From positions 3,224,001-3,288,000 of the forward strand of contig JBLDXI010000029.1 in the NCBI GenBank assembly GCA_047495785.1: 64,000 nt of DNA. Direction: 5' to 3'. The notes below the pieces were generated by a model, which saw only the letters and a program-made list of their open reading frames with translations, did not search any database and was not told where the DNA came from. Positions 59,598 to 64,000 of the stretch are shown piece after piece. The stretch is from Lepidodermella squamata (taxonomy: Eukaryota > Animalia > Gastrotricha). The translations under genes were made by a program, and so were the position numbers. Within the stretch, counting starts at the first letter, position 1. Every line of letters begins with the position of its first letter.

Positions 59598-61074
59598 TAT
59601 GCATTGCATACAGTGAAGAGTTTTCAGCGATGCGTATTGACTTTGCTTACAGGGCCCGAAAATAAATCCCCCGGTTCGAGGGTCCAACTGCGAGCAGTGT
59701 TATGTAATTTATTGACAACTCAATTAAACAAAACGATGGCTTTCATTCAAACGGCGCCAGCTCATACTTTCATTGATAAATAAAAAGAAGAGATCTAACA
59801 CTGTAGTATACTATCATGTGTGCCGAAACGATTCATCACCGTAGCGTGCATACTACTATGAAACTTGTGTGCACGAAATTTTAATAGCAGAGGTTTGTCA
59901 ATATATGTGTTTTTTCCATAATCAAATAAGAATCCAATATCAAAGAAGGAAGCTCGACAATAAAAAGGATGTGCAGCCGCAGTAGAGTAGTCAGAGTGGC
60001 CTGATAGTTTCAGTTCAGATCAGGTACCCAAAACCCCTCACCGTTGGCAAAACCGCGTGTTAATTTCTCTGGTCTGGCCGAGCTGAAAGTCGCATACTAC
60101 GGAGCGTACTGAGTGTCTTCAACTCAATCAGCGTCCGCGGTTCCAGGGCCGATCAAAGATAGTGGCAGAGATCTGAAGTGGACATTTTAGAGCTTCGCGC
60201 CCTTATTTGAGATGCACGCCAAGAAAAGGGCAGATGTTGAAGTTTTCCTCTTTTTGAAAAAGAGCAACAGCTGATGCATCTTTCCAGAGCTACCGCCCCG
60301 GCCACGCCTAGAAGAACCTCGACCACTCCTGGCGTTCGCTTGGTCGACGGCAAGCGTATGACCATGTCGTGGTGATCGGCCTGGATTTCCTCTTAGAACC
60401 ATAGGTATTAACTCTGGAGATGGTTGGGAATGAACTAAAATCAAGCCTGTGCGCTATGAGAATATTTAGTAGGCATACTTATTGGAAAATGAATCTAACA
60501 GCAGGCAATATTTCCGTAACAAAATGGCGTGTTCCGATGGATAATGATTGTTTTATATAAACTTCAATTCGAAAGTTTTGAAAATAATGATGTATTTCCG
60601 ATGGTTAAAAACGTGAAACGAAAGTTATTATTGTTCCGACGAAAAGATGTGGATACCGAATAGCTATTGCTCTATTTTGTGTCAACATTCAAATACGTGT
60701 GGATATCCAGACTGAAACGTGAAATTTGAGCTTGAATTTAAAAAGGCTGCTCATTGCGAGAACAATTTAAACTCTTTAAAGTTACATGTACTAGCAGTCT
60801 AGCAGTCTAGCAAAATTTACAGCATTTCAATAACTCCATCGATATTCAACATTTACTTTCCATTTATCGGATTCAAAAGCATGGTGAATTCGTCACGTTG
60901 TCAGCTCTAAAAATCTTAGTAATATTCGGACGTTTTTGGGCAATCAACATGGGGTGTTAGGGTATATTTTATTCAAGGGGAAAAACCGACATCACTCTCG
61001 GCGTCATCACAATATAGTAGCTAATATGAAGTTATCCAGTTCATCAATGGATGGAAAGGTTTTCCGAAGCTCTT

Positions 61075-62002
61075 CTAAGGGCCCGCGTTGCATTTATCTA
61101 TAGTCAGTCCGTAAAGCGAAACCCTTGATGGTACTCCGGCATTTGTATTTCCGCCAATGGAAAGGCAGCAGCCAGAAAAAGTGGTGTATGCCAAAAAACC
61201 AAGTGCCCTGCGCTGTTAAAGTAATTCCGGTTAGCAATGGGAGGGTATTCGGGTTCGAATCATCTTACAAAACTCTGATTTGTGACAGCGTCATCGGTTG
61301 GTGTTGCAGCCGTGAGTGGGAAGCGCAGGCAGTAACCTGTTGTAGCTGAGGCCGCAGGAGTACTGGATAATATTAAGTATGGCGATGTGACGGCTGCCCC
61401 GACGCAAATCGTCGTATAAGTTGGAGGAGATCCATTAATAACAGCTAGATCGTAAAATGTATTAGCTCCCGTTTGAGCGCAACACAGGTCGAAAGTGGAG
61501 AATGTGTTTGGCGAACCCGAAGCTTGCTATAGAGCATGAAATTAAGCAGTATCAAATAAACGTGAATGGCTTTACAGTGCCACCGGTCAACGTGTTGCAG
61601 GCTCCGGCATTGGCCAGACAATATTTCGTTCCAGGCGTGCCAACCGTGCTTGGAGCGCCTATTGTATCGATTTGGCATAGATTGTATACAGGCTATAAAT
61701 TGCAAAATAAGATTAGGATTTTGATCTTGGCTCCAGATCCTCACCGTGGTTATACATGATTTAGTCGCCTCGGTACAGGTCTGGGCTGACGTAACACACA
61801 CGTTTGGTGATGAGCAAGTGTTGGCTGTTGTAACGCAGCTTGAACCAGGCGAGCATGTTGGCGACGGGCTTGGCGAGTTGGATGCTGGTACAGAAGGGCA
61901 TGGCGTTGTAGCAGTTGTTGTTGTTGCTATTGTCGATGATGCTGGGCAAGCGCTGCCACCCGCCAGTATGGCCATGAAAACGGCGCAACTGAGAATGAAC
62001 AT
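61075..62002 (-). CDS. Secreted Cys/Thr/Ser-rich protein, cluster family member 6 (4 exons)
   Basis: MFILSCAVFMAILAGGSACPASS...|PVYNLCQIDTIGAPSTVGTPGTKYCLANAGAC..|..TFSTFDLCCAQTG...CLRFP..|..CC..LYGLTIDKCNAGP*. Confidence 0.86.
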
Positions 62003-64000
62003 TCGCAGTATAAAGTTTTGAGTTGAGAGAGACAGAAAAGAAAAGATGGTGAAGAAGGAAAAATTAGGCTGCTTTTATAGGCAAAGGCAGCATGCTTCTG
62101 TCGACCACAGTAATTACTACCGTATCATGCACAGTTAGAAGAATGCAGCTAGATGCCAATCAATTCATTTGCATAGGCCTTATCGGAAGAAACTAACTGT
62201 GTCTCTCACAATGAGATGACTCACTATCTCCTGAACGGAATTCATCGGTTTCCTTCCAGAGGCGGCTACCTCGAGGTCTTATCGAGTAAATACGAAAATG
62301 GCCGAACGCGTTGGCTATCTGTGCCAACTCTTAGAGAGGAGGTAAGCATAATACTATCATATCAATGAACTTTACGCTAATTATCTGTGTTTTTTCTTGT
62401 GGCTACAGAGAATGACTCGAGGCCTGCCACAGCCACCGACGTTTGATAATGTAGCCTGGGTGTATTAACTGGCGAAACTAATCGGTTTGCTCGTTGCTTC
62501 GACGCAGGCCACACGACGCAGCTAACGTTACGTGACTGCAGAGCCTTCGCCGTTTTCCTGTGCCCTTCACATCGCATCACCGTGTCCGAGGCGAAACAGT
62601 GTTCAATTTTGCCGGCGGGGTGGAACAGTGCTCAAAGCATGCGTGCTTAGATATCGTTCGTGTTGCGACGTAAGGGACCGCCAGTACTAGCGCATATTTC
62701 TATATATCATTATACCGCTATATTGCGGTTGCATCCAAATTACTATCTTTGGTTCAAGGGCTATAAAATTGCCATTAGCTGCGATTGCTATAGTGCGTTC
62801 TTGGACTCTTGAAGAGATAAGAGAAATTCAGCTTTTTCGCCTATATTTCATCTAAGTTTTCCCGCGTTCTTCTGGAATTCTTTGATTGCAGATTTTACAG
62901 GTGGAAAAACGAGCTGCCGTGACCAATGAAAAACTATTACTATCCGTGACTCGGTGCCGTAAATCTTTATTTTCAATGCAGCGAAATAATTGAAAACGAA
63001 CCAAGGAAATGAAACTAAGAGAATAATTCATCACACTTTGTTTAACAGAAATGGCGATAACAGGTTGAATATATCGAAAGAGCCAGCACTCTGCAATAGT
63101 TTAGTGGCGACCTTATGCCGGAATTTTCCTTTTCCGATTCCCAATCAATATCCAATATCCAATCTTTATCCGATCAGCTATAACTTGAGTGCCGAATTCG
63201 AGTAAAAGTTGAGGTATCCCTATCAACAATGCAGAATTTATAATTTAATACAGCAGCTAATAGGATGTACTTTGCTACTTTAATAGCTGCGAGAGAAAGT
63301 GCAACGAGCCATTCTAAATTTAAAGGTCCTCTGATTTCTACGAAAAATTATAGAATGATATACATGCACATGCAATGTTATTGAAAGTAGATCTCGCCCC
63401 AGGAAATTTCGGCGGATAAATCTTTGAATTAGGAAACAAGAGGTCTTTAGAGTTTTCTGAAAATGTATCACTTAAAACCGAAATGAACTAACACTTTTCA
63501 AGAATCGATGACGGTGATACTCCATTGGTTAACTAATTAACTATAACTAACGATAACTAAATTGATAAGCCACAAATATGGGAGCGTTAGCGTCGTTGAA
63601 TAACTCTGATTTTGGCAAGTTTACGTCAGTGACAAGTAAAAGGTGATAGCAGAGTTTTTATGTGAACGAAGAGCGAAGCAAACTTGTCACCCGTCAACTG
63701 TCTGTAACTGACGTGAACAAGCCCAAATCTGAGTTGTATTCAACGACGCTAACGACTACGGTACGACTACGGCGCAGTGATAGCGGTCCATTTTGCTTTG
63801 ACAGCTTTGGTTTAGCTTTTTTCTTCCATTTAAAAACAAAGAATGTCTATATCTATTGGATACCAATTAAGTGTTGAATTTCAATACCTAGAGCAGATAA
63901 GATTTGACTCTAAAAAGCTGCGCTTTGATTTAGGATTTAGCCTTGACAAGGAGAACGAATTGCTCCATTGCTTCAGAAATCTACCCCCAAGTCGTTCTCA

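Noticed and set aside
43914-62021. Recurrent plus-strand ORFs (…VTQLEPGEHVG…VVVVV…) and recurrent ORFs in the upstream blocks (e.g. 44875-45069, 62377-62580)
   Set aside because: They are antisense shadows of the Cys-rich exon 1, or frames not conserved among the duplicated non-coding blocks.

Overview
This is AT-rich, intron-containing animal (invertebrate) genomic DNA. It has short GT-AG introns, TTTCAG/TTTTAG acceptors and periodic A/T-tract introns. The style is nematode-like, but the taxon is an inference only. Genes, left to right: (1) a 3-exon, bacterial-type SatP/YaaH (GPR1/FUN34/YaaH) carboxylate channel, an HGT candidate with Val at the site aligning to E. coli SatP L131; (2) a C2H2 zinc-finger gene; (3) an intronless orphan type-I membrane protein; (4) two tandem secreted LamG/ConA-like + 4xEGF genes, each with a 9- or 12-nt microexon; (5) two tandem divergent Cys-loop ion-channel genes only 70 bp apart, with an unusual 2'-Glu in M2; (6) a GABA-B-like class C GPCR with an in-frame TAA at TM1, plus a truncated paralog fused to an RTE-like RT fragment; (7) a cluster of six paralogous secreted Cys/Thr/Ser-rich proteins of no family I recognise (one disrupted by a transposon) plus one orphan exon. 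Mobile DNA is dense from 33 kb on: a Copia RT relic, LINE fragments, a 2.9-kb hAT element, many MITEs with TA, 8-bp or 9-bp TSDs (one carrying an inverted pair of tRNA-like Pol III units), and an interstitial (TTAGGG)n tract. All exon models were assembled by eye and no database searches were run.
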